DNA of 64,000 nucleotides from an uncultured Elusimicrobia bacterium. Lineage in GTDB: Bacteria > Elusimicrobiota > Elusimicrobia > FEN-1173. Made by a program: the position numbers and the translations under genes. This document shows positions 42,096 to 50,956 of this stretch, piece by piece (the stretch's first letter is position 1; each line of letters begins with the position of its first letter). The stretch covers positions 28,521-92,520 of the forward strand of contig CAYZXT010000006.1 of the NCBI GenBank assembly GCA_964482515.1, read 5' to 3'. Under the pieces are notes generated by a model. The model saw only the letters and a list, made by a program, of their open reading frames with translations. It was not told the DNA's origin and ran no database searches.

Positions 42096-42966
42096 TGGGA
42101 CACCAGACGCGCGCCTTCTCCGGGAGCCGCCGGATCTGGATTTTTTTCGTGCCGTTCACGGGAGGGTCCTCGCCGTCCGCCTGGGGCCAAACCGGCGTAT
42201 CGGTTTCCAGTGTCACCTGGTCCGCCTCTACCTTGCTGACTTTTGCGTCAAAAAGCGGCATGCCCATTTTCCCGCGCAACAAGCGGAGGCCCAGCCGCAG
42301 CTTCGACGTGGCCGGGACGAGGTACAACCGGAACGTGTCGTTTTCCGGCGATTGGTCTTTCTCGAAATAGAGCCCGCCGGAAAAATAGGGGCCGCTGCAG
42401 GCCAGCGACATATAATAGTTGCCCGTCAATTCGCCGCCCGGCCAGCGCGCCGTCACATGGATCGGTTGAAAAGACTTCAGGACGCCCCAGGAACCCTCCT
42501 TTTTTTCGAAGGATGAACGCGGCCGGCCGAAACCCGCGTTGTTGATGAAGATATCCGAAGCCGCTCCACCGTCCGCATCCCAGGAAATTTCATAGAGGGA
42601 GAAATCCACCAGCCGGCTCACTTCCGGCGCGTCCGCTTCCCATCGCCGCCAAAAATATTTCGACAGGTTCATCCGCCGCGCCAGGTCGTTGCACGTTCCG
42701 GACGGTATCAGGGCCAGTTCCACGCGGTCCAGGGCCTTTTGTTTCCACACGCGCCGCGCCACTCGGTGGAAGCTCCCGTCCCCGCCCCAAACGACGATGC
42801 GGTCGACGCCTTCCTTCAGAGCCCAATCCACCAGGGTCTCGATGTGCTCCGGATGCTCCTTGGAGACCCAGCCCCAGGGATTATGGCTGGCGTTGCCGTC
42901 GGTGGTGGCCTTCACCCAGCTGTAGGCGGACGACGAAGGATTTAAGATATGGAAAACGCTTTTCAT
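42088..42966 (-). CDS. diacylglycerol-kinase-family lipid kinase (YegS/BmrU-like)
   Basis: RIVVWGGDGSFHRVA, ALIPSGTCNDLAR. Only the C-terminal 292 aa of track ORF 42088..43716 are real; the ATG overlaps the panE stop (ATGA). Confidence 0.75.
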   Translation of the reverse strand: MKSVFHILNPSSSAYSWVKATTDGNASHNPWGWVSKEHPEHIETLVDWALKEGVDRIVVWGGDGSFHRVARRVWKQKALDRVELALIPSGTCNDLARRMNLSKYFWRRWEADAPEVSRLVDFSLYEISWDADGGAASDIFINNAGFGRPRSSFEKKEGSWGVLKSFQPIHVTARWPGGELTGNYYMSLACSGPYFSGGLYFEKDQSPENDTFRLYLVPATSKLRLGLRLLRGKMGMPLFDAKVSKVEADQVTLETDTPVWPQADGEDPPVNGTKKIQIRRLPEKARVWCPNE

Positions 42967-43907
42967 GACAGAGATATCTCCTCGACGCTTTTCAACAGCC
43001 GGTCCAGCGCGATCAGCGTGGGCGCGGGCTTCCGGCTTTTCTTCGCCGCGTCCAGGAACGGCCCGAGGATGACGCCGCGTTCCGTCGCCCGGCCGCGGGC
43101 CAGATCCTGGGCCATGGAATTGCGGTTGGCCGCGGTGGCGCGCAGGACTTCCTCCAAGTGCTTCCGGGCCTCCTTGATCGAAATGGGATGCTTCAGGACC
43201 GCGGAAAGTTGCACGCATTCTCCCAGGGATTGTTCCAGCAACGGAAGCAGGGGGGCCTCCAACAGCCGCCCGTTGGTGACGTCGGCCAGGGCGCCGATGG
43301 GGTTGGCCGTGGCGTTGACGATCAGCTTCAGCCAGCTCACGTGATCGAAATTTTTCTCCACCTTGATTCGGAACCCCGCGGTGGACATGATCTTGGCGAT
43401 CCGGGCGGCCTCGGGGCAATGGGCGTTGAGGATCGTCGTGCCCGCCGCGGCCTGGAACGCGCGCCCCACGTTGACCAGGGTCACCGCCTCGTGGGTGATC
43501 CCGCGCACGATCTGGCGCGGCGGCCATTTCTTCGTCAAAAGTTTTTCGATCCCCCAGCCGTTCTGGAGGGCCACCATCACGGTCTTCGAGCCGGACAGGG
43601 ACGCGACCGCGCGGGCCACGGCCGGGATCGCCGGGGACTTCACCATCAAAAAGATCACGTCCATCTTGGGCCAGCCGCGCGTTTCCGATGAAACCCGGCC
43701 GTCCTGCGCCACCCAATCCAGCACCGACGCCCCGGACACGTGGAAGCCGCGGTCCTGCAGTTCCTTCGCCCGCGCCGGCCGATGGTCCAACACCCAGAGC
43801 TTGCGGAATTTCTGCCCCAACCGCGCGGCGAAATAGGATCCCAGAGCGCCGGGACCCACTATCAGGAAATTTGGTTCGAGGGGAGCTGCGGAGGCCATCA
43901 ACCGCAA
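42963..43907 (-). CDS. panE: 2-dehydropantoate 2-reductase (ApbA/PanE family)
   Basis: Rossmann N-terminus FLIVGPGALGSYFAARL, ...KSPA..., and a C-terminal SMAQDLARGRATE-type motif. Confidence 0.75.
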   Translation of the reverse strand: MRLMASAAPLEPNFLIVGPGALGSYFAARLGQKFRKLWVLDHRPARAKELQDRGFHVSGASVLDWVAQDGRVSSETRGWPKMDVIFLMVKSPAIPAVARAVASLSGSKTVMVALQNGWGIEKLLTKKWPPRQIVRGITHEAVTLVNVGRAFQAAAGTTILNAHCPEAARIAKIMSTAGFRIKVEKNFDHVSWLKLIVNATANPIGALADVTNGRLLEAPLLPLLEQSLGECVQLSAVLKHPISIKEARKHLEEVLRATAANRNSMAQDLARGRATERGVILGPFLDAAKKSRKPAPTLIALDRLLKSVEEISLS

Positions 43908-43990
43908 ATTAACATTTTCGACACCTTATCGCTAGGGCTCGACGCCAGTCGTGACCCCGGCATGCAATCTTATCGATGACGAAGCGGATT

Positions 43991-44083
43991 AATTTACATT
44001 ATTGTTACAATCACTTAACGCCCCGTTAAGACGGTCCCGCTACAATGACGGCTCATCCGCAACCTATATAACCTTCTCAACCA
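43991..44083 (+). promoter_or_regulatory. upstream region of giant ORF 2 with motifs shared with giant ORF 1 plus a 7-bp-arm palindrome
   Basis: AATTTACAttATtgTTACAAT (43991-44011); palindrome CTTAACG-ccc-CGTTAAG (44014-44030); ATCCgCaaCCTATATA (44055-44070). Confidence 0.45.
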
Positions 44084-44116
44084 TTGCACATCCAACTCAG
44101 CAAGGGGAATGAACCA

Positions 44117-47100
44117 ATGGCATCAAAACCGGTTTTCAACGCACGCAAATCCTGTTTGACCCGCTCGGTCGCCGCCGGGACGGCGCTCCTGTTCCTGGGA
44201 TCGACCGTCCTCTCCCCTTGGGCCGAAGCGAGTTTCTGGCAGGACCGGCGGAAAGCCGTCGAGTCATCGCAGCGTGACCCCGAAGCCGCGCAACAGTTCG
44301 CCCAACTCCCCCGGGCGCTTTCCGATTTGAACGGCGCCCTCCCGCGGGTCGCGAATTCCTTCCCCGACCGCCAAGCCCTCACCGACATTCCCTCCGTCCA
44401 AACGGACGGCATTTCCCGCAAAGACGTAGAACATCTGCCGTCGTGGCTGACCTCCCTTCCCGCGACCTACGGCGACATCCAGAAAATACGCCTGGTTACC
44501 CGGCCGGAAGAACATCCCCTCGTCGTCTTGGTGCAGGACGCCCATGAAATTTATTCCGCCCAGCTCAACATCTCGCACGTTCTGGAACACCTGGATAAAA
44601 ATTCCCAGGGCCAACGGCTGCTGATCGGGCTGGAAGGCGCCGCGGGGCCGCTCGATCTTAAAACTTACCGCCGATCCGCCGACCGCCGCCGCCAGGCCAT
44701 CGTTTCGGACGTCCTGCTCGAGACGAAACTGCTGAGCGGACCGGAACATTTCGGCTTCACGGCGGAGCGCGAACCCCGGATGCTGGGCGTCGAAACGCCT
44801 ACGCTCTACATCGAAAACGTCCAGGCCTATCAGGAATTGCTCCCCAGGAAAGACGCGTTCAAGGAACAGCTCTCCGCCTTCGATTTTTCCCTGAAACCGG
44901 CCAAAGATAAATTCTTCAGCCTCACGCTCTGGGCCCTGGACGAAAACATCGCCTCCTACCACAAAGGGTCCCTCGACCTCCTGCATTACGTGAAGTTTCT
45001 GTCCAAACAGGTCGAGCTCGGAAAGGATTTCCCGGAAACCCGCCAATTGCTGGACGTCCTGGCGCTCGAGGATTCCCTGGATTTCAAGGCCGTGGAAAGC
45101 GAGCGCCTCCAGCTCGTTAAAATACTCTCCCACCGCCTGGACAAGGCGGCGCTCAACGGTTTATTGCAGGCCAGCCTCGCCTACAAAATGGGGCGCATAT
45201 CCTACGGCGCGTACCACGAACACCTCCGCATCCTGACCCGGAACGCCGGCGTCGACCTCTCCCGCTTCCCCGGGTTCAACGTCTACATCCAGTACGTTCT
45301 GCTGTCGGAAAAAATCGACAAGTACACGTTGTTCGACGAAGTCAACGCTCTCAAAGAAACCGTCGTGGACCGTCTGGGGTCCAGCCAGGGCCAAAAAGAA
45401 CTGCTTCGCCTTTCCGAGGACATCCGCCTGCTGGAAAGTTTGTCGGAACAACAGTTCGGCCCCACCGAGTGGGAGCGATACTCGGCGCGGCGCGATGAAA
45501 TCCTGCGCATCCCGCAGCGCATCGCCGCGTTGTCCCATGACGCGCAGCCGTCGCCTTCGGCGGTCGCGTCGTTCCAGGAAACGCTCCCCCTGTTTGAACG
45601 TTTCTACCGCGCGGCCGACGCCCGCAACGGCGCCCTGATCGGGAACCTTCTCGAAGGCATGCAGCCCGCCGCGTCCGGACAAACGGCGGCCGTGATCGTG
45701 GTCGGCGGTTTCCACGCGCCCGCGATCGAAAAACTCCTGGGCGACAAAAACATTTCCGTCGTCACGGTCACGCCCAAGGTCGGCCCCGTCGACAAAGCGT
45801 CCCGCTATCTGGACGTTTTCGCGCTGAAGCACGTCCCGTTGGAGAAAATGTTCCTGGGCGAAAAGCTTTACATGGCGCCCGTGCGATTGACGGGCACGAA
45901 CGAGGCGATGGCGGCGATCCAACCAGCGAGAACAACCGATGATTTGAAGCGGGTCTATCTGACCTACGATTATATTCTCGACCAGCTGGGAGAGACCGGG
46001 AGAAAAATCAAGGCGTTCGGGGATCTCGACAAACACATCGAGTCAACTTTTGATCGCGCCCACGGCGTATGGTTCTTCAAGGTCCTAATGCCGGATGGGA
46101 GCAACCCAATTTATCTTTGCGGAGCGGAAACGGCAGGCGCCCGCGAAAAAGTAATCTCCGCTCTTGGTTATGCCCCAAGCGGTTTGAAATGGAAAATCGA
46201 CAAGCAGGAAGACGATATTGCGCTCGTCATCATTTCCGATCGAGCGGCCGAGAAATACCCCTTCTTACAGGCAAAACCATCCCTGACTTCCTGGGTCAAG
46301 GACGCGGTGGATTTCCTGCGCCAGCCGCCCACGGTCGCCGTGGCGGGTTTTGTCGCCGTCACCGCTTTAGTCGCTCAATACGCCATTGTCATTCTCGGCT
46401 TGGGAGTTCCGGCAGCTTTGATGATGGGAATGGCGTGGGGCGTCATTGTTCCCGTCCTTATCATTCTTATGGGCCAGTTGCCGCGATTCGCGCGAATGCC
46501 GGCTTTCGCTCCGGCAATGATGCGCGCCTCGAACAACTCACAACAACCGGAGGAGGTTTCCCCGAGCGCCCCGCTTTTCATGCAGTCCACCTCCCAGGGC
46601 GGAAAATCGGCAGTTAACGCTAATTCAACGGAAGAAACCCGCGCCATCAAGGCCTGGATCAGGGAGCAATTGGATTTAATGTCGGAGGAATTAGGCAAAA
46701 CCCCGGACACCTATGAGGAGATCCTGCGTCACAGCGACGAGGCTCTGACGGCTATCGCCCAACGGATCATCGACGGTACGTTAAACCGGCATGCAGCCAT
46801 CAACGTGGACCCAGACGCGCCCCCGGTCAAGACGACGGACGAGGAACTGAACATCGGCGTTTACGCGGTGGCCGCAAACCCTCTGCACTGGGGCCATATC
46901 CTGCTCGCTCTCGACGCCGTCGCCTATCACGGCGTGGACCAGGTAGTGTTCATCCCGCAGGGCGAAGACGAACGCAAACCCGACCTCGACAAGCTGAACA
47001 CCGAGCAGCGGCACGAAATCGTTCCGGCCGTCTTGGCCAATTTCGCGCCATTCTTTAAATATTCCCCCCTCGGGCTCGGTAACAAATACGACGGCGAAAC

Positions 47101-49825
47101 GAACGTTTTCCGCCTTTTCAAAATGAATCCTAATCAGAGGATGCGCCTGCATTATATGGTCGGCGCCGATCACTTCAACGTGTTCGTCCTCAACAAAGCC
47201 GGGCGATGGGTGGAAGACACGGTGGCGAAACTTTCCAAGAACCTCTTGGACCCAGCGCGCATCGCCGCATTGGACAACGTTTACCAAAACAATCCCCTCC
47301 ACAGACTCACGGCCCTTTTCATCGCCAGGATTGAAAAAGGTCGGGCGCTTATGCCGCGGTTCGATCAATTGGAAGCCGAGATCCGAGAAGCCTCACTAAC
47401 AAATATTTCCTTCGCTGATCAAGAAAGCGGGGGAAGCATTGCGCACGAGCAACTGACCATTCACGTCATGAAAGGCGTCCAATTCGAAGCCTCCTCCACC
47501 ATGGTGCGGAACGGCGATTACTCCCTGGTCCCTTACCACTATTACATGTACGCCAAAGCGCGCGGCATGTATAAAATCCCGCCGACGCCCCGGTGGAAAA
47601 TGGAAAAAAAACCCACGATGAGGCGCCTCGACAAAATCACCGGATTTTTACCCGACGGCGTGGCACCGCAGGGCATTTACTCGATGGAATGGCACCTCCG
47701 GTGGACGGCCAACATCACCCAGGCGGCCGCCAAGGAATTGCAGGTCAGCACCAACTGGGCGGAGTTCTTGGCGATGGTCCACGACCTCAGCGACTGGCCC
47801 TTCCGCCACTTTGGCCGGACAGGAGACTTCGCGCGGGTCATCGATGCCGCGCAAAGAGCCGGGTACAACCAGAAAGTCCAAACAGTGGAGCTGCTTGCCC
47901 AGGATGGGGTTTATCTGACCCCCGAAATGGTCAAAGACATTATACACTTCGACATAAGCAACCCGAACCCCACCAGCCCGGAGCAACAAGCCGCTTTGAT
48001 CGTGGATTCGCTCATGAGCGTTATGTCGGATATCGTCTTCGGACTAACGTATAGAGTCAGCGCTTCCAGCCAGGACACCCTCATTACGTACGACCAAATT
48101 CCGGAGGACCTTAGAACCCTCTTTAATTTGCGGGAAACGACACTCACGACTCTAAACGAGCAAAGCGACAACAACATCGGCGAGATGGTCCAGGTCGCCG
48201 TTTTAAACGCAGTCAGCAACCTGTACCGCGAGGTCGAGAGCTCCCAGGAGACCATTGAGGAGCTGGAACGTGTCATTCGGGAAATTGAAGCGGAAAAGGG
48301 TCCGCTTGATGACAAAGCCAAAGCGGACGTTCGCATCAAGGTTGTTAGGTTCGGGATTTACAAGCGAGCCGGTCAGGTCAAACAACAGGCCCGGGCAAAT
48401 TTTATCAGCGATCTCCTCTACAAACCCATGACGGCGGAATATTCCGCCGCAGCCTCCGATTACCTCATGCGGGCCTATGAAAAAACCTTCGGCGTCCCCT
48501 TCATCGGCGACGGTTCCGACGATGAAAAAGCCCGCGAATTCCTGGTAATACTCAGCCGCATGTCGGAAGACGAAGTCATCGCCTTGGCGGACGACGAGCC
48601 TGCGCGGAGCATGATGTACTTCGGTGGCGCGGCGGTGACGGGCGCCCTTGGCTTAATGGCCGCGTTTGGATCGATTCTCTTGGTTAATCGCTGGATCAAA
48701 AATCAAAATCCGGACTTCCGCCTTCCCTCATGGAACAACAAAGGGACCGCGGCCTATTTTGCTTTCAGCGTCCTTATGGGAATCCTTTTGTCCTCGTTCA
48801 TCCATGCATTGGGCGCCCCGCTTTGGATTGCCGACATGCTGACGGCGCTGTTCGTCATCTCCCCCCAGATTATCCTGACCGCCCGAATGAACTTGGCCCC
48901 GGCGACACATCAAACCCTTACGGACGAACACGTCGCGGAGGAAATCATTCCCAGTATTCGGATTACAACGACGAGCCTCGAGAAACAGCAATCTGAGATC
49001 CTGGCGCTGCTCACCGGCGACGCATCGAAATCCCCCGCCCGGAAACGGCAGCTGGCGGGCCGCGTCGCGGCGTTCGTGTCGACCTACGCCGCCCTGGACC
49101 GCGCCGCCGAGCAGCCCGGCCGGTCGGAAGCCGTGATTCAAGGCCTGGCGGATTCAGTCAGGCTAGCGCTCTCCTCGCTGAACGGATCCTTCAACGAGAC
49201 CCTGGCGTCCCTCTATAACGGCCTCATCGCGGCCGGGGTCCAATTGTTCCAGGGAAGCATCCCGAGCGGCCTGCAGATCGTCGTCGTCAACGCCGCCGAC
49301 CTGAAGGGTTTGAGCGCTTCCGAGCAGGACGTCTATCTCGCCCGCTACGTCGCGCCCGTGTTGGATTCCGCGCAGCGCGTCCTGGTCATCGGCGACGCGG
49401 CGTCTTACGGAGACGCTTCCATCGCCAAGATAAAGTCCGTCATCGACAACGCGAACGGCGGAAACGGCCTGCCCTACAGCTACGCGGAGGCGAAACGTCT
49501 GGACCCGGCCGATCCGGAATCGCCGGTCGACCTCATGGCGACGCTGAAACAAAGGGACGGCGCGGCGCTGAACGAGCTGACGGAAACAGGACTGCAGTTG
49601 AGCGGGTTCGTCACGGCCCTGGAACTCGCGAGCGTCGCGCCGCTGTCGAGCGACGACATCCGCGAGCTGTCGGACGCCGGCCTGCTCGCCCCCGACGGAA
49701 ACCTCTGGTTCCTGTGGGTCAGCATCGCCCTCAACCAGGCGTTCTCCGCGCAGAACGCGGCGCAGGCGATCCAGGGCATCGTCAACGACATCAACGGCAT
49801 CATCCAAACGCTGATCGCCGCCTAA
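44117..49825 (+). CDS. giant (~1,900 aa) polytopic membrane protein: conserved N-domain, NadD-like nucleotidyltransferase + HD-like core, C-terminal domain
   Basis: The frame is open from TTG 44084. ATG 44117 has a good SD (AAGGGGA, 8-nt spacing). Motifs: N-domain as in giant ORF 1; TM cluster ~46330-46490; AANPLHWGH (H at 46886) and SSTMVR (47492-47509); H-x28-HD (47693 / 47780-47785); coiled coil ~48240-48330; TM cluster ~48610-48890. TAA at 49823-49825. Confidence 0.9.
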   Translation: MASKPVFNARKSCLTRSVAAGTALLFLGSTVLSPWAEASFWQDRRKAVESSQRDPEAAQQFAQLPRALSDLNGALPRVANSFPDRQALTDIPSVQTDGISRKDVEHLPSWLTSLPATYGDIQKIRLVTRPEEHPLVVLVQDAHEIYSAQLNISHVLEHLDKNSQGQRLLIGLEGAAGPLDLKTYRRSADRRRQAIVSDVLLETKLLSGPEHFGFTAEREPRMLGVETPTLYIENVQAYQELLPRKDAFKEQLSAFDFSLKPAKDKFFSLTLWALDENIASYHKGSLDLLHYVKFLSKQVELGKDFPETRQLLDVLALEDSLDFKAVESERLQLVKILSHRLDKAALNGLLQASLAYKMGRISYGAYHEHLRILTRNAGVDLSRFPGFNVYIQYVLLSEKIDKYTLFDEVNALKETVVDRLGSSQGQKELLRLSEDIRLLESLSEQQFGPTEWERYSARRDEILRIPQRIAALSHDAQPSPSAVASFQETLPLFERFYRAADARNGALIGNLLEGMQPAASGQTAAVIVVGGFHAPAIEKLLGDKNISVVTVTPKVGPVDKASRYLDVFALKHVPLEKMFLGEKLYMAPVRLTGTNEAMAAIQPARTTDDLKRVYLTYDYILDQLGETGRKIKAFGDLDKHIESTFDRAHGVWFFKVLMPDGSNPIYLCGAETAGAREKVISALGYAPSGLKWKIDKQEDDIALVIISDRAAEKYPFLQAKPSLTSWVKDAVDFLRQPPTVAVAGFVAVTALVAQYAIVILGLGVPAALMMGMAWGVIVPVLIILMGQLPRFARMPAFAPAMMRASNNSQQPEEVSPSAPLFMQSTSQGGKSAVNANSTEETRAIKAWIREQLDLMSEELGKTPDTYEEILRHSDEALTAIAQRIIDGTLNRHAAINVDPDAPPVKTTDEELNIGVYAVAANPLHWGHILLALDAVAYHGVDQVVFIPQGEDERKPDLDKLNTEQRHEIVPAVLANFAPFFKYSPLGLGNKYDGETNVFRLFKMNPNQRMRLHYMVGADHFNVFVLNKAGRWVEDTVAKLSKNLLDPARIAALDNVYQNNPLHRLTALFIARIEKGRALMPRFDQLEAEIREASLTNISFADQESGGSIAHEQLTIHVMKGVQFEASSTMVRNGDYSLVPYHYYMYAKARGMYKIPPTPRWKMEKKPTMRRLDKITGFLPDGVAPQGIYSMEWHLRWTANITQAAAKELQVSTNWAEFLAMVHDLSDWPFRHFGRTGDFARVIDAAQRAGYNQKVQTVELLAQDGVYLTPEMVKDIIHFDISNPNPTSPEQQAALIVDSLMSVMSDIVFGLTYRVSASSQDTLITYDQIPEDLRTLFNLRETTLTTLNEQSDNNIGEMVQVAVLNAVSNLYREVESSQETIEELERVIREIEAEKGPLDDKAKADVRIKVVRFGIYKRAGQVKQQARANFISDLLYKPMTAEYSAAASDYLMRAYEKTFGVPFIGDGSDDEKAREFLVILSRMSEDEVIALADDEPARSMMYFGGAAVTGALGLMAAFGSILLVNRWIKNQNPDFRLPSWNNKGTAAYFAFSVLMGILLSSFIHALGAPLWIADMLTALFVISPQIILTARMNLAPATHQTLTDEHVAEEIIPSIRITTTSLEKQQSEILALLTGDASKSPARKRQLAGRVAAFVSTYAALDRAAEQPGRSEAVIQGLADSVRLALSSLNGSFNETLASLYNGLIAAGVQLFQGSIPSGLQIVVVNAADLKGLSASEQDVYLARYVAPVLDSAQRVLVIGDAASYGDASIAKIKSVIDNANGGNGLPYSYAEAKRLDPADPESPVDLMATLKQRDGAALNELTETGLQLSGFVTALELASVAPLSSDDIRELSDAGLLAPDGNLWFLWVSIALNQAFSAQNAAQAIQGIVNDINGIIQTLIAA
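44230..45870 (+). other. conserved N-terminal domain of giant ORF 2 (paralogous to 18085-19722)
   Basis: See the block-by-block alignment listed for 18085-19722. Confidence 0.85.
46840..47560 (+). other. NadD/NMNAT-like cytidylyltransferase-fold nucleotidyltransferase domain
   Basis: IGVYAVAANPLHWGHILLA is the (H/T)xGH motif in NadD-like context. FEASSTMVRNG is the ISSTxxR-type C-terminal motif. Their spacing of ~200 aa is appropriate for the fold. Confidence 0.65.
47690..48100 (+). other. HD-like phosphohydrolase domain (YqeK-like position after NadD-like domain)
   Basis: EWHLRWTANITQAAAKELQVSTNWAEFLAMVHDLSD gives H-x28-HD, the spacing typical of HD domains. I could not place the downstream metal ligands confidently. 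Confidence 0.4.
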
Positions 49826-49850
49826 CAAAGCATCCAATATTCGCTTAAAT

Positions 49851-49890
49851 AAAACACCCGCCCTTCAACAAGGCGGGTGTTTTATTTTTG
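49851..49890. terminator. bidirectional rho-independent terminator between convergent genes
   Basis: The 12-bp stem is AAAACACCCGCC (49851-49862) / GGCGGGTGTTTT (49872-49883) with a 9-nt loop. It is followed by ATTTTTG on plus, and the stem ends in a T-run on minus. Confidence 0.8.
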
Positions 49891-49903
49891 GATCGGAATT
49901 TGT

Positions 49904-50902
49904 TTATCCGCGGATTTTTTTGAAGACTTTCTCCACCTCGTCCCATACTTTTTTTGGGTCCTCGGCCAGGACGGTGTCCAGCAGTTCCCCTCCATCGTAG
50001 CTCCAGGCCGCCAGGTGGGTGACGCCGGCCTTGACCGCGGCGTCGCAGGCCGCCTCGATTTCATTCTCCCGGCCCTTCGACAGGCGCATCGCCTGGACCC
50101 AGATCTGGCTCCCTTTTCCCGCGGCGGAGCGCACGGTCTTTTCCGCGAAACGCGTCACGGTCGGCCCGGGCGGTTCGTTCCGCCGGGGCGGCCAGCGCCA
50201 GTAGGGATCGCTGCCGAAAATATCCAGCGCGGGGATGGCCGAAAGGTTGTTCCAGATCTGCTCGTATCCCGCGTATCCTTCGAAAGCGTAGAGGCAGAGC
50301 GCGTTGCGGACGCGCCGGCGATGGGTATAATCCATCAAACCCTCCAGGAAGCCGCGAAGCGTGCGAAGGCGGAACGTGCGGGCGTCTTCGTCCATGCGCT
50401 GCGGCATGACGCGCCCGAAGTCCGCCTTGAACAGTTCCTGGCACGCCGGGCAGATGCAGGAGTAAATCCCTTCCCACTCCAGGTCCCAATGAAAATAGAC
50501 GTGGGGCTCGTCCCAGAAAATCACCTGCGCGCCCTGGTCCGCGACGTGGGAAACCCACTGCCGGACGAAGGTCTGGAACGCCGGGCTGTTGAGGCAGGCC
50601 GCCGGAACGCGTTTCCCGTTGGAGAGGACTTGCCAGGTTTCGGGATGGTCCAATAAAAACTTGGAGAGGGCCTCGCCGCCGAAAACGCCGCCGAGCCCCC
50701 AGGGGTCCACCCAAAGCTCCAGGCCGCGCTTGCGCGTGTCCTCGAAGATCCGGGAGAGCGACGCTTTGTGAAATTGGAAATCGTTTTCGCTGTAGGTGTG
50801 GACGACGTAGTCGCAGCAATCGGCCAGGCGGGCCTGGTCGCGGCGGGCATGCTCCAGATAACGGTTGCCGAAATAGGAAACGCCGGTGAGCAAGATTTTC
50901 AC
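49904..50902 (-). CDS. uncharacterised TIM-barrel-like protein, possibly clan GH-A-type glycoside hydrolase
   Basis: GTG start with a GGGAGG SD. VIFWDEPHV resembles the (N/D)EP acid/base strand of clan GH-A enzymes. The assignment is weak. Confidence 0.35.
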   Translation of the reverse strand: MKILLTGVSYFGNRYLEHARRDQARLADCCDYVVHTYSENDFQFHKASLSRIFEDTRKRGLELWVDPWGLGGVFGGEALSKFLLDHPETWQVLSNGKRVPAACLNSPAFQTFVRQWVSHVADQGAQVIFWDEPHVYFHWDLEWEGIYSCICPACQELFKADFGRVMPQRMDEDARTFRLRTLRGFLEGLMDYTHRRRVRNALCLYAFEGYAGYEQIWNNLSAIPALDIFGSDPYWRWPPRRNEPPGPTVTRFAEKTVRSAAGKGSQIWVQAMRLSKGRENEIEAACDAAVKAGVTHLAAWSYDGGELLDTVLAEDPKKVWDEVEKVFKKIRG

Positions 50903-50956
50903 CTCCCTTTCACAACAAGAATACGCCGGCAGCGGGCGGCGTCAAGGGTCGAAAAA

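Noticed and set aside
42967-43716. N-terminal ~250 aa of track ORF 42088..43716
   Set aside because: Out-of-frame read-through across panE. The lipid-kinase gene starts at ATG 42966.
44264-46036. Minus-strand ORFs 44264-45133 and 45161-46036 (also 46781-47368, 47911-48339, 49163-49837)
   Set aside because: Antisense shadows within giant ORF 2.
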